A stretch of DNA of 64,000 nucleotides from Candidatus Nanohaloarchaea archaeon (GCA_013343275.1 CP046106.1:64001-128000); one strand, 5' to 3'; shown: positions 9,725-20,062, numbered from the stretch's first letter. The notes: a model not told the origin generated them from the letters alone. Numbers and translations: made by a program.

Positions 9725-9988
9725 ATGGCAGGTCTAGTTATCGACAGGGAAAGTATTGATCTTTTGCTTCAGGTACTGAAAGTGCCGCTTGTCCTTCTGG
9801 CTATACTTTTGCTCTACCGGTTGAACAGGGTTATAGAGGTTGGAGAGGAATCTGTGGAGTCGCTTGAGAGAACGGCCCGTAATGTTGAGGATTCTTCGAA
9901 GACTTTAGCTAATTTTGTTTCAATTATGCGGAAAATCCCTTTCGTGCGAGGTGGTGAAGATGACAAACGAACTTCTGGAAGCAGCTGA
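9725..9988 (+). CDS. hypothetical single-TM protein (DUF948-like)
   Basis: TM followed by an amphipathic helix. Confidence 0.65.
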   Translation: MAGLVIDRESIDLLLQVLKVPLVLLAILLLYRLNRVIEVGEESVESLERTARNVEDSSKTLANFVSIMRKIPFVRGGEDDKRTSGSS

Positions 9989-10202
9989 ATCCGGCGATGA
10001 TTCGAGCGAGGAAAGATACAATAAACTGAAGAAGGAAGAGGCCGATACTCAGGCAGACTCTCCGGCAGAGAAGCGCTACAATGAACTGAAGGAGAAGGCG
10101 AAGAGAGAGTTCGAGAAAGAGGAGATGGAGAGGAAGAGAAAGGAGTCTGAGGAAGACGACGCCGAGGAAGATGAAGAGGATCAACAGTTTATAACTTACT
10201 AA
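9960..10202 (+). CDS. hypothetical highly charged small protein
   Basis: Start at MTNE after a GGTGGTGA SD; internal repeat EERYNKLKKE/EKRYNELKEK. Confidence 0.7.
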   Translation: MTNELLEAAESGDDSSEERYNKLKKEEADTQADSPAEKRYNELKEKAKREFEKEEMERKRKESEEDDAEEDEEDQQFITY

Positions 10203-10220
10203 ACCTATTTTCTTTTTTGT

Positions 10221-11396
10221 ATGGATTTAGACCGAGTTCCGTCCATAGCCAAGTACCTTTCAGTAGTATTTCTTGTTTCCTGGCTTGGACGAAGCACTGT
10301 TTGGAACTTCCTGCCGATCTTCCTGGAAAAGCATATATCAAGCGTATTCCTACTCGGTATAATAACTGCATTACCAGCTATCATACCTTTACTACTTGAT
10401 ATCCCTGTAGGAAATCTTGTTCAGAAATCTGGAGAAAAAATAGTAATATTTCTAGGCCTTTTCGCAGCAATACTGCCGCCAGCACTCTATGCAACTGCAA
10501 TAGCACCACTGCTAGTACTTGGTAAGGCAGCTGAAGGAGTAGTTAAATCTCTGGTCTGGAACGGAGGATGGAGTCTCTCACTGAAGTCTGCAGATGACGA
10601 TGTTGAATCAGAGGCTGTATCAGTCTTCCTGCTAGGAGTCAATCTGGCCCTGGTACTCGGACCCATCATTGGAGGATTCCTTATCGCCTCGCAAGGCTTC
10701 TATCTCACTTTCAAGCTCTGGGCATTCTCATCAATCCTTGGTCTCCTAGTCTTCTACAGTTACGTAGGTATTGAGAGAAAGGAAGGACTTGAACAGTCTC
10801 TGGAGGAGCTGCTTCACCGCAGAACCTACATGGATGAATACCACCACATCAAGGAGCACTGGAGCGATCTGAAGTTCCCATTCAGCCTGGTATTCCTCTA
10901 CTCCATAATTTTCTCATTTTACTGGCTGGCAATACCGCTACTGCTGGATAAGATAAATGCCGACTACGCTACAATGGGAATAATCTTCGGCCTCGCAGCA
11001 GTTCCAAAGGTCTTCCAGTTCATCTTCGGAAATATAGCAGACCACATCGGAAAGCTGAAGACACTGGCCTTCCTCTCACTGGCCCTGACACCTGTGCTTG
11101 TAGTCATGAACTTCATCACGAATGTCCTGCTGGTAGGAGTATTCGTATTTATCGCCAGAACCCTGTCATCAGGTATGTCACCCGCAGTTCATGCAACATT
11201 CGATGCAAGAGTGCCTGACGAGATCGAGAGCGAGATGACAGGATTCCTGGAACTGTTTAAACACGGAGGAACAGCACTAGGGCCTATACTTGCAGGTACA
11301 GTCGCATCAATGTACTCGATCAATGCCTCATTCCTTGCAGCTGCTGGTGTATCTCTCCTGATATTTGCTGCAACTTTCCGAGGTCTCTGGGACTAG
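10221..11396 (+). CDS. MFS transporter
   Basis: About 12 TM helices; GNLVQKSGEK and GNIADHIGKLK MFS loop motifs. Confidence 0.88.
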   Translation: MDLDRVPSIAKYLSVVFLVSWLGRSTVWNFLPIFLEKHISSVFLLGIITALPAIIPLLLDIPVGNLVQKSGEKIVIFLGLFAAILPPALYATAIAPLLVLGKAAEGVVKSLVWNGGWSLSLKSADDDVESEAVSVFLLGVNLALVLGPIIGGFLIASQGFYLTFKLWAFSSILGLLVFYSYVGIERKEGLEQSLEELLHRRTYMDEYHHIKEHWSDLKFPFSLVFLYSIIFSFYWLAIPLLLDKINADYATMGIIFGLAAVPKVFQFIFGNIADHIGKLKTLAFLSLALTPVLVVMNFITNVLLVGVFVFIARTLSSGMSPAVHATFDARVPDEIESEMTGFLELFKHGGTALGPILAGTVASMYSINASFLAAAGVSLLIFAATFRGLWD

Positions 11397-12127
11397 ATAC
11401 GGCCGACTTCCGGGAACTCCAGTATCCCGGCCTCTCTGTCGACAGCGATGGCCTTCAGAGAGTTCTTGTCGGTCTGGTTCCTGAGTATAGGTGAGAGGAG
11501 CTCTCTTGAAGGTACTTCGTTGATGTTTGTGCCGTTCGAGATAGTGGAGAAGGCTGGCATTACAATTATGTTTCTGCCTTCGTTCATTTCTCCATACAGG
11601 AAGCAGTCAACCTTCTCCTTAACGCCTACCTCGTCCGTTAAGGCAAGGGCGGGGTGCTCGTGACCTATAACTACTGTTTCGAATTCTTCAGCCTCCAGGG
11701 TTTGCAGCCCGATATGTCCATGAGTGAAGAGCACTCCATCCTCCTGGTATTTTTCCAGCAATCTAAGGTCTTTCCCCTCCACCACATCCTCGATAAGTGT
11801 GTCGTGGTTTCCCTTGATCAGTATTACGTCCTCGAATCTCTCCTGAAGAAAGTCTATGAACTCACGTATCTCTCTTTTCTCCGAGTAACTGGTTGAGAAC
11901 TCGTTCTTCAGGTCGCCGTTAACCAGTATTCTGCTGGCCTCTGTTTCCTGCTGCATCTCCTCGACGTCTCTCTTGATATCGTCCAGCTGGAACTGAGGTA
12001 CATAGCTTCCTTTCGTCGTCATGCTGCTTTCCAGGCCCAGATGCAGATCTGAGATTACTAGCAGGTCGAGCTCTCCGTGGTAGAGGCCTGGTTTGCTGTC
12101 TATGGTTTTGAATTCGAAGAAGTTCAT
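11393..12127 (-). CDS. calcineurin-like metallophosphoesterase (COG1407-like)
   Basis: SDLHLG, NGDLK, GNHD, THGH, GHEHP, MPAF. Confidence 0.9.
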   Translation of the reverse strand: MNFFEFKTIDSKPGLYHGELDLLVISDLHLGLESSMTTKGSYVPQFQLDDIKRDVEEMQQETEASRILVNGDLKNEFSTSYSEKREIREFIDFLQERFEDVILIKGNHDTLIEDVVEGKDLRLLEKYQEDGVLFTHGHIGLQTLEAEEFETVVIGHEHPALALTDEVGVKEKVDCFLYGEMNEGRNIIVMPAFSTISNGTNINEVPSRELLSPILRNQTDKNSLKAIAVDREAGILEFPEVGRI

Positions 12128-12157
12128 GTTGCTGGATTGGGAAGCGAATCTTTTTGT

Positions 12158-13015
12158 TTACTGGTTGACTGCCCGCCAGATTTCCAGAAGTGACTCAAAT
12201 ACATCGTCGTTTGTAGAGACCTGTACGTAACGTGCTCCGTGTTTGTTCGCTATTTCCTCTATCTTTGAGGTATGTTCTTTCAGTTCTTCCTGGTACTGGT
12301 TCTTCGTTCTTTTGGACAGATAAGTTCTGAGCTTTGACTCTGATTCCGGGTCTTTCAGTATTGTGTCTCCCTCGAAACTTGGGTCAAGTTCCTCGGAGTC
12401 AAGTACATTTACTAGGACCACATCGGTATCTCTTAGGCTCTCTATACCTGACTCTATCTCCTCTGTATCTGTCAGGAAATCCGAGATGATGACTACCGCT
12501 GACTTGTTCTTGATTCTGCTGCCGTACTCTGTCAGGCATTTCTCGATCATGCTCTCAGGTGTTTTTCTCAACTCGTTCAATGTCTCAACAATATGAGGTG
12601 TATTGCTGTTTCTCCGACCTGAGGAAATATCGGTAAGAGTCTCTGAGAAAACCGAGAAGCGAAAACGATCGTTAGTGTTCATAGCCATATCGGCCACGGC
12701 AATCCCCAGCTTACCTCCGTAATCGTATTTTGTAGGTTCTCCATAATCCATTGAGCTGCTTCTGTCAAGGAGGATGTGGATTGTAAGATTCTTTTCCTCC
12801 TCGAAACGCTTTACAAAGTAGTCTTTGGTTCTTGCATAGGCCTTCCAGTCTATCTTCCGGATATCGTCGCCGGGAGCGTACTGCTTGTGGTCCTTGAAAA
12901 TCATTCCCTGGCCTGTGAAGCTGCTGGACTGCTCTCCCTGACTTCTTTCCTCTGAGTGCTTATCCAGAGCTAGCTGGAAGTTCTGCAGCTCGTCAAGGAA
13001 CTCTATGTCTATCAT
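12158..13015 (-). CDS. DUF58 / vWA-domain MoxR partner
   Basis: Y.PGDD.R.IDWK.YAR, LDRSSSM (MIDAS), IISDF. Confidence 0.92.
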   Translation of the reverse strand: MIDIEFLDELQNFQLALDKHSEERSQGEQSSSFTGQGMIFKDHKQYAPGDDIRKIDWKAYARTKDYFVKRFEEEKNLTIHILLDRSSSMDYGEPTKYDYGGKLGIAVADMAMNTNDRFRFSVFSETLTDISSGRRNSNTPHIVETLNELRKTPESMIEKCLTEYGSRIKNKSAVVIISDFLTDTEEIESGIESLRDTDVVLVNVLDSEELDPSFEGDTILKDPESESKLRTYLSKRTKNQYQEELKEHTSKIEEIANKHGARYVQVSTNDDVFESLLEIWRAVNQ

Positions 13016-13977
13016 ACCGAGTGCACTATTTCCTCTACAACCTTATCTTCGTCTTTTCCTTTCTTCTCCGCCTGGAAGCTCAGGCCTATACGATGCCGTA
13101 GAACAGGCTTTGCAACATGGTTTATATCAGAGGCAGAGACATGGTTCCGCCCTTTAATCAGTGCACGACCTTTAGCCGCCAGCACAATATTCATAGAGGC
13201 TCTTGGTGAGGCACCGTAGTCCAAATCGTCGTGATCTCTCGTTGATGTGACTATATCGATCGCTCTCTCCTTGATATCGTCGGCGATCGGAACCTGACGG
13301 GTAAACTTCTGAAGCCTTACTACTGAAGGCTTGGAGATCACCTCCTTCAGGTCAGGCTCGTAATTTAGCTCAGATGTAAATCTCTCAACGATCTCCTGCT
13401 CCTCATCTTTCTCAGGGTATTCAAGCTCCAGTTTCATCATGAAACGATCTCTCTGGGCCTCAGGTAATGGGTATGTTCCTTCCTGGTCGATAGGGTTCTG
13501 CGTAGCCATCACGAAGAAAGGACTGTCCAGTTCGTAGCTCTGATTACCTACTGTTACCTGTTTCTCCTGCATAGCTTCCAGCAGTGCGGACTGGGTCTTC
13601 GGTGTGGCTCTGTTGATCTCGTCCGCCAGCACCATGTTTGAGAAGATAGGGCCTCTCTGGAAAATGAAGTCGGTCTCACCGGATGACTCATCTATAATAT
13701 GCGTACCGGTAATGTCAGAAGGCATGAGGTCTGGAGTATTCTGTATACGGGAGAAATCCAGACCCATAACTTCTGAAAGAGTCTGTATCATTTTTGTCTT
13801 ACCCATGCCGGGATTAGATTCAAGCAGAACATTTCCGTCGCAAAGTACCGATATCAGAACGTTCTCTATTATTTCTTCCTGGCCTACAATTACTTTGCCG
13901 ACCTCTTCTTTGATTTCAGTCAGTTTCTCCGAGGCTTTGTCGTACTTTCCTGCTTCATCCAGGTTCGATATCTGCAT
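13012..13977 (-). CDS. moxR: MoxR AAA+ ATPase
   Basis: PGMGKT, RIQ.TPDLMPSDITG, LADEINRA.PKTQSALLEAMQE, ATQNP, GASPRAS. Confidence 0.95.
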   Translation of the reverse strand: MQISNLDEAGKYDKASEKLTEIKEEVGKVIVGQEEIIENVLISVLCDGNVLLESNPGMGKTKMIQTLSEVMGLDFSRIQNTPDLMPSDITGTHIIDESSGETDFIFQRGPIFSNMVLADEINRATPKTQSALLEAMQEKQVTVGNQSYELDSPFFVMATQNPIDQEGTYPLPEAQRDRFMMKLELEYPEKDEEQEIVERFTSELNYEPDLKEVISKPSVVRLQKFTRQVPIADDIKERAIDIVTSTRDHDDLDYGASPRASMNIVLAAKGRALIKGRNHVSASDINHVAKPVLRHRIGLSFQAEKKGKDEDKVVEEIVHSV

Positions 13978-14022
13978 AGATAACTACTAAATCCCGAGCT
14001 ATTTAAATTTCCGAGAAACCAT

Positions 14023-14766
14023 CTACTCGAACTCTTTGATAGCTATACTGTACTCTCTTGCAAGTTCAAGGCTGTCATCAAGGCCTTCGGTAGATGATTC
14101 GTAAGCGATATTTTCTCTAGATGAGTAAGGCCTTATCTCAGGCTCTGAACTATCGCCTTCGCCTTTCAGCTCGAAGCTGATATTGGCCGCAGGATAACTT
14201 GTGTTTATATCACGTATCTCGATCCGGGAAGAGTTCCCCAGCGTAAAGTTACCGCCGGTACTGCTTCCCTGTCCGCCCAGGTTTGAGAAAATGTTTCGGG
14301 TATCGTTCTGGAGATTGATGTCTGCCACTCCCGAAAGGATAGTGAGAAGACAAAGCCCTCCTACTGCCAGGATCTTCTGTATAATAGTTCTGCTGGGGAT
14401 AATGCTTTCCGAAGTAACTGAACGGGCTCTATCCATTACGTCATCGAATAATGCCTGAGAAGCCACGTTCCGCTGATTAAGGTTGTCTCTCGCTGTTCTG
14501 AGCACCTCTCTCAGCTCAGGGTTCTTCTCCTCGTAGATCTCCAGCCGGTAGTTCTGACTCCTCCAGTAAAGATCAACTGCACCAACCAGGAAACTGAGGC
14601 CTGTCAGGAGGTAGAGGTTGCTGACGTTCCTGAATATCTCCACGGAAATGAAGAACAGGGCTAGGTTAGATACCAGAAAGAAGAGAATTGCATCTAGACA
14701 GGCCTGGATAACATTTACCTTGATGAATTCTCTCTTCAACTGTTTCAGTAGTTTCTCAATTCTCAT
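14023..14766 (-). CDS. membrane protein of the MoxR operon
   Basis: 3 TM segments, NPELRE.LRTARDN; co-oriented with moxR. Confidence 0.75.
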   Translation of the reverse strand: MRIEKLLKQLKREFIKVNVIQACLDAILFFLVSNLALFFISVEIFRNVSNLYLLTGLSFLVGAVDLYWRSQNYRLEIYEEKNPELREVLRTARDNLNQRNVASQALFDDVMDRARSVTSESIIPSRTIIQKILAVGGLCLLTILSGVADINLQNDTRNIFSNLGGQGSSTGGNFTLGNSSRIEIRDINTSYPAANISFELKGEGDSSEPEIRPYSSRENIAYESSTEGLDDSLELAREYSIAIKEFE

Positions 14767-15241
14767 TGAAATCGTAGCTGTCGCATTTGTCCTGACTGCT
14801 TTGCGTTAGGTTGTTGCTGTCGTTTTCACAGATACTTTCTAGATCGATTCGCAACATTTCGGTTCTGTTCCTCAAGTCAGAAACAGTCTGGTTGAGGTTC
14901 TCAACTTCGGTTTGGAGATCATCTACCTTTGTTCTGAGGCCTCCTATAGTGTTTTCCTGCTCCTGTATGGTCTGGTTCTTATTGCTGATGATTGTTCTCA
15001 GCTGATCTGTTGTGCTGTTGAGGGTAGAAGTTCTCTCCTGTAGGTCCTGGTTTCGGCTCTGCAGGCTGTCGATTTTCTGTTCTTTATTGTTTAATTCCTG
15101 TTTTAGCTCTTTCTTGCTTGATACCAGGTTGTTGAGCTGGTCCTGGTACACTACGGATGTTCCTGCGAGAAGAGCCAGTGTTAGAACGGTTGATATCAGT
15201 AGTATAGGGTTAAGCCGTCTCTTTAGTAGCGGTGTCTCCAT
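14756..15241 (-). CDS. membrane-anchored coiled-coil protein
   Basis: N-terminal TM, long heptad repeat, C-terminal Cys pair, several N-x-S/T sequons. Confidence 0.75.
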   Translation of the reverse strand: METPLLKRRLNPILLISTVLTLALLAGTSVVYQDQLNNLVSSKKELKQELNNKEQKIDSLQSRNQDLQERTSTLNSTTDQLRTIISNKNQTIQEQENTIGGLRTKVDDLQTEVENLNQTVSDLRNRTEMLRIDLESICENDSNNLTQSSQDKCDSYDFNEN

Positions 15242-15339
15242 CGGTTAAATCACTCTAACATAGAATTGTCCGGCCAATAATTTAACTTGTTGTCCAGGAA
15301 CTCCAGATTTTAAGTAGAAATCAAACCCTTATTATAGAT

Positions 15340-16935
15340 GTGAGCCACGAAAACGGAGATGAAAAACCCAAGTTCGGCCATACCTTTGAGGTTCCCGGCA
15401 GTTCTCCTGTAGGAGAGGAAATCAGGAATGGTGAGATCACCACTCTGGATGATGTTCGGGACGCAAGGGATGGGTCCGACTTTCTGCGAGAGATCATGGG
15501 AGATCATCAGCACAAGCTGAAGGTCTCCTCGGGAAGCAGCGGAACGGCCTATGGGATAATAATGGGTGCGCCGGACGCTTTCGATGACATGGGTTACACA
15601 GTGAATAAGACTGAGGAAAAAGTCTTTATCTCTCCTCAGAACCAGCTGCATCAGTCTTTCCGGCAGAGAAGAAAGGAGGCCGAGCAGAATATACAGGAGC
15701 AGATGCAGAGCATAGGCCGGCTTCGGAAGGAGAAACATATGCTTGAACATGATATTAGAAAGCTGAGATCCAGGGTAGAGGCTATCAAGGCCAAGGATGA
15801 GACACAGCTGAAATCTGATTTTATCGAACTGGTTGATGGGGCCAACGCTGGTTCCCAGCAGGGTGGTGAGGCCGCTATGAAGACGTTGCAGGAGAGAAAT
15901 ATCTATCCTTCTATCGTAGCTGATTTCCAGGAGATGGAGTCGATAGAGGATCTTGAAGAAGGCAACAAGCTTGGTGATCTACCTGCGAATGAGAAAGCTG
16001 TTCTGAAGAAGAAGTACAAGATGTACGAGGACTGGAAGGATCTCTACGGAAGCGAGGTCCAGAAGAGGTTGCAGGAGCTTAAAGGAGAGCTTAACCGTGT
16101 TGAAAGAGCTATTGAGGAGACACAGGAATGGCTGCAGCCATACGTACAGGACATGGTGATGATAGACCAGAAAGAGCAGAGCGACTACTACGAAGAAATG
16201 ACCAAATACTACACCATCGGAGGATACGCCTCTATGGAGAAGAACCTGGAGTTCATCTGTGCAAGAGGCCTGAAAAGCGAGGAAGGACAGCCTATCGTCA
16301 CCGACGATGATGACGAAATAACACACTACCAGATAGTTTACATCCACGCAGTACACGTTAACCTTGCTGGAGGAGATCAGCCTCAGCAGAACGCTGCAGG
16401 CCCAGCAACTGCAGTAGTATTCTTCTTCCCCGCAATCGTTGACAAGCATATCTATGAGGGAATATTCAAGGAGAAGATCGAGAAGATGGATAACAGGTTT
16501 GAAAGCCTGATGGATGACTACACAGGCAACTTCTCCTCTGAGAAAGGTGAGAAACTGAAGAAGGCAAGAGAGGACGAAGGAATGCGGGTTAGAGAGCTCC
16601 GTCAGGCAATAGAAGATGAGATAGAGGGAGATGTACCGCTGGAGGTATCCTCACAGATAAGAAGGATCGAAGACGGCCTTGACGACATCAGTACTCTGAA
16701 GAAAGAGTATGTAGAGGCCATCGATGAGATACTTGATGAAGATTTCTCCGAGGAAGCGGAAAGCAGTGGCCCTGACTTCTACGAGGGGGTTGAGCTTAAA
16801 TTAAGAAAATTCCTGGGGGAAACAGATCGCTATGTCATTGATGCCGGTGCTGCACTGGGAGAACTGCAGGGCCAGATCACTAACTCTTTCTACTACGACT
16901 TCAAAATCGGAAACGGCTTGAACACGATGAAATAG
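15340..16935 (+). CDS. hypothetical coiled-coil protein with a possible XRE-like HTH near the C-terminus
   Basis: 531 aa; GEKLKKAREDEGM...SSQIRRIEDG resembles HTH_3. Confidence 0.75.
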   Translation: MSHENGDEKPKFGHTFEVPGSSPVGEEIRNGEITTLDDVRDARDGSDFLREIMGDHQHKLKVSSGSSGTAYGIIMGAPDAFDDMGYTVNKTEEKVFISPQNQLHQSFRQRRKEAEQNIQEQMQSIGRLRKEKHMLEHDIRKLRSRVEAIKAKDETQLKSDFIELVDGANAGSQQGGEAAMKTLQERNIYPSIVADFQEMESIEDLEEGNKLGDLPANEKAVLKKKYKMYEDWKDLYGSEVQKRLQELKGELNRVERAIEETQEWLQPYVQDMVMIDQKEQSDYYEEMTKYYTIGGYASMEKNLEFICARGLKSEEGQPIVTDDDDEITHYQIVYIHAVHVNLAGGDQPQQNAAGPATAVVFFFPAIVDKHIYEGIFKEKIEKMDNRFESLMDDYTGNFSSEKGEKLKKAREDEGMRVRELRQAIEDEIEGDVPLEVSSQIRRIEDGLDDISTLKKEYVEAIDEILDEDFSEEAESSGPDFYEGVELKLRKFLGETDRYVIDAGAALGELQGQITNSFYYDFKIGNGLNTMK

Positions 16936-16938
16936 AAA

Positions 16939-19635
16939 ATGAGCTTTATCATAGATGCAGTTAAGAGAAACCTGGGGTCTGAAAGCAGCGATGAGGGAGG
17001 AGGCTTTCCGGATCTGAACTATATGATCGGTAACTCCTCTGCGATGGATAGAGGAGAGGTTCCAACGCCACTCGACCAGAGAATAGGTTATGCGGCCCAG
17101 ATAGGTGGAAGTGTAATGGAGCTCCAGATAACCAACCCCTCCACGTTTACTCTGGAGAGGGATAAGATGATCTCCACAATCGACCAGCTGGGGATCGATG
17201 TAACACTCCACAGCGACATGAATGCTGGATACGCTTCACCCCAGAAATCGGGGCAGCAAGGCTATGGATACGATACTGTTGAAGACTACTTCACTGAGTA
17301 CCTGCAGGAGCTGGCTCTGTTCAAGAGAGAAGTCGAAAAGAGAGGAGAGAATGGCCCGCTTTTCAACATTGGTAGAATCAATCCGCATATCTCCACTACT
17401 CCACTACCTCCTCTAGAGGAGAGAATGGAGACAGATGTAGGTGTAGATCCTTTCGGTTTCACGATAAATAACTATGATGAAAACGCCCGGAAGCAGAGAA
17501 ACTACGCCAAGCAGAATATCTACAAGAATCCGGATTTCCTCCGTAAACTGTACTACACGCTTTTCCTCGAGACAGCTAACTATCCTTTCCAGAACTATCA
17601 GACCTTCGCCTCCTACTCGAACCAGTTCGATGAAGAATGGCTGGAGGCGCAACATGAAGCAGCCTGGAGGCTTTTCCAGGAAGAAGCACAATCTGTCGAA
17701 GATAAGCTAGCTGCAGTTATGACAACCCGACAGAGAGATCAAGGGATTGGACGTAAATGGCTGGAAATACTTGATAGTGAGATAGAGTTAGATTACGGGT
17801 TCCCTCGGTTTGAAATTGATATAGAAACCGATGATGATGGTAACTTCGAAGCATATAATGGTGTTGAAAAGGACTCTATTGACGACCTCAAAATGGTTCT
17901 TGGAATTTTATCCGGCAATCCAAGAGACACACAGGATCTTCGCCAAATGGACAGTATGCTTTATAAAGTAGATAATATACAACAAGAGAGGTTTCACAAG
18001 ACAGGAGACGAATTGCCTGACGATGCTCCTGATGGGCTAATAGATCAGGTAAATAATGATATAAGCTCGAAAGTAGATGAGGGAAGGCTTATTGGAAGTA
18101 TAAAAAATGGCGTTAAAGAGGCCTTGAATAATCTCTGGCATGTTGAGGATGCTGATAGCCCTGATGAGCAGAATATTTCTCAGGATGCGAAATGGAATGC
18201 ATTGCAGAGCGCATTAGAAGTTCAGCAGATAAGACTTCTTGAAGTTGCGTACGATATCGGTAAGAAGAACCACGATATTGAGGAGAAAGCTGCTAGAGTG
18301 TTCAGTGGCGCAGATAACTATGAGATGTTCGACTCCAGCGATAGAGAGGATATCGAAGATGAAGAGGCCATGCATGAGGATCTTCTTGAAAGACTTCTGC
18401 AGGGCCAGCAGTTCCAGAGGGAGATGTGGAAGGAGTCAACTATTTTCTATCAGGTGATTCCAGCCTGGATGGCGGCCAGCAGCAATGACTCTCACGAATA
18501 CCATGAAGGATGGGAGGCCCCTGAGTTCATATGGGAGGTTCTCGTTGAGAAATGGAATGATAAAGACGGTGTCGAGATTGACTTGGAGGATCCCCGTAAC
18601 GGTATGGAGGGGACTGACAGGTATATGGATTTACTGGAGAAGAGCGATGAGTTCCAGATGGATGTTGCTGCGGCCGTGGGAGCATGCTATGCCTGGGGGC
18701 ACTTCACCCAGCACAGGAGCCAGTTCAACCTGAGAAACAGGGATTTCGGCCTGGAAGATGACGAGGCTGAAGAGGTTGAGCGAGAGGGCTGGACATGGAT
18801 CGACTGGATGAACAGGTTCGGTATAGGGGTTAACCTTGAGACAATGGCCGGTAGCCCTCAGCAGAAGTTCAAGGTCTGGAGGCCTAAAGATATCTCGGTA
18901 GCAGCCCACGCAATAAACATGACTGCAAGAAACAAGCTTGATGAAGAAGGAGAGCTGGGAGGGAAGAGCGAGATACATCCAGAGCTTGACGGCTGTCCAG
19001 CAAAGTTCACTATAGATATGGAGCACGTGGCCTCTCTGGGAGCGCCTCCGTGGGAGGAGATGGACCTATTTATAGAGCAGGAGGAAGAGCTGGCGGGCGA
19101 CTGGCCTGAACTCGATATAGATTCTGACAAGCCTATTGCCAAGATACTGCGCCAGTACCACTTAATGGATCCTGGAGTTGAGTCGGATAGAGGAACACAT
19201 CACGGAGCTTTCAAGAGAGGAAATACTCAGATATATGAATGGCTGTATAAACTGGTGGAGAAAGGATTTGCCCGTAACGAGAACGAGCCAGCTACACTAC
19301 TTTTCGAACTTGCTGAGCACAAAGGAGAGTCCAGCTTTATGATGAGAATATCCATGGATATGATTGAAGTAGGTGTAACACCTGACGAGCTTGATCCAAG
19401 CAATGTGGATCCGGGAGAGGACTACCAGAGTGAGAAAGAGGCCCTTATCGCCAGATTCTTCGGAATGGATCAATCCAGCTACGACAGGGAATGGGCGAAG
19501 ATAGAGGAACATGCATTTGACCCTCTGGAAGGCCTTCTGGAGGCAGATGAATTTAATGAGACGCATCAGGGCTCTGCTGCACTGGAGCAGGGTAATAAAA
19601 GGTATAACGAGTGGAAACCTGAGGAGTATAAGTAG
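16939..19635 (+). CDS. large xylose-isomerase/AP-endonuclease-2-like TIM-barrel protein with a big insertion
   Basis: 898 aa; VTLHS, NPHI, VNLET, FTIDMEH, YHLMD, THH, LLFE follow the order of TIM-barrel metal ligands. Confidence 0.6.
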   Translation: MSFIIDAVKRNLGSESSDEGGGFPDLNYMIGNSSAMDRGEVPTPLDQRIGYAAQIGGSVMELQITNPSTFTLERDKMISTIDQLGIDVTLHSDMNAGYASPQKSGQQGYGYDTVEDYFTEYLQELALFKREVEKRGENGPLFNIGRINPHISTTPLPPLEERMETDVGVDPFGFTINNYDENARKQRNYAKQNIYKNPDFLRKLYYTLFLETANYPFQNYQTFASYSNQFDEEWLEAQHEAAWRLFQEEAQSVEDKLAAVMTTRQRDQGIGRKWLEILDSEIELDYGFPRFEIDIETDDDGNFEAYNGVEKDSIDDLKMVLGILSGNPRDTQDLRQMDSMLYKVDNIQQERFHKTGDELPDDAPDGLIDQVNNDISSKVDEGRLIGSIKNGVKEALNNLWHVEDADSPDEQNISQDAKWNALQSALEVQQIRLLEVAYDIGKKNHDIEEKAARVFSGADNYEMFDSSDREDIEDEEAMHEDLLERLLQGQQFQREMWKESTIFYQVIPAWMAASSNDSHEYHEGWEAPEFIWEVLVEKWNDKDGVEIDLEDPRNGMEGTDRYMDLLEKSDEFQMDVAAAVGACYAWGHFTQHRSQFNLRNRDFGLEDDEAEEVEREGWTWIDWMNRFGIGVNLETMAGSPQQKFKVWRPKDISVAAHAINMTARNKLDEEGELGGKSEIHPELDGCPAKFTIDMEHVASLGAPPWEEMDLFIEQEEELAGDWPELDIDSDKPIAKILRQYHLMDPGVESDRGTHHGAFKRGNTQIYEWLYKLVEKGFARNENEPATLLFELAEHKGESSFMMRISMDMIEVGVTPDELDPSNVDPGEDYQSEKEALIARFFGMDQSSYDREWAKIEEHAFDPLEGLLEADEFNETHQGSAALEQGNKRYNEWKPEEYK

Positions 19636-19639
19636 AACT

Positions 19640-20062
19640 TTAATTTCGATAGAATCCTTTAACCTTGTCTGGTGAGAAATCTGAAAAATCTTCTAGGTAT
19701 TCTTTAGGCCCAAAAGCAACAGTTTCTTCGCCGCTACGGGAGTTCGCAAGAATATCTGATATCTGATAGCTTGAACCAGGATATTCGAAGAAGAATACTG
19801 ATTCATTGTGTATTTTATCGGATTCTGCAACGTCTTCCTGGTACTCTTCCGATGCAAAAATTCTTGCATTGTTATTACTGGAGTAGTTCTTGAAAACAGT
19901 TTCTTCAAAATCTGCAAAGGACTTTCTGTTGTAGTCGTTATTGCCTCCCATCAGGGCAATGTTGTCGGTGGAATCAGTCTTTCTCAGAAATTTGAGCGCA
20001 CCTGGAAGTGTCTGGAGTTTCTCGCTTCCTTCCAGCAACTCATCCCAGACTTTGTTTACCAT
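19640..20062 (-). CDS. hypothetical AT-rich protein
   Basis: Likely start MVNK (20062); composition differs from neighbours. Confidence 0.55.
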   Translation of the reverse strand: MVNKVWDELLEGSEKLQTLPGALKFLRKTDSTDNIALMGGNNDYNRKSFADFEETVFKNYSSNNNARIFASEEYQEDVAESDKIHNESVFFFEYPGSSYQISDILANSRSGEETVAFGPKEYLEDFSDFSPDKVKGFYRN

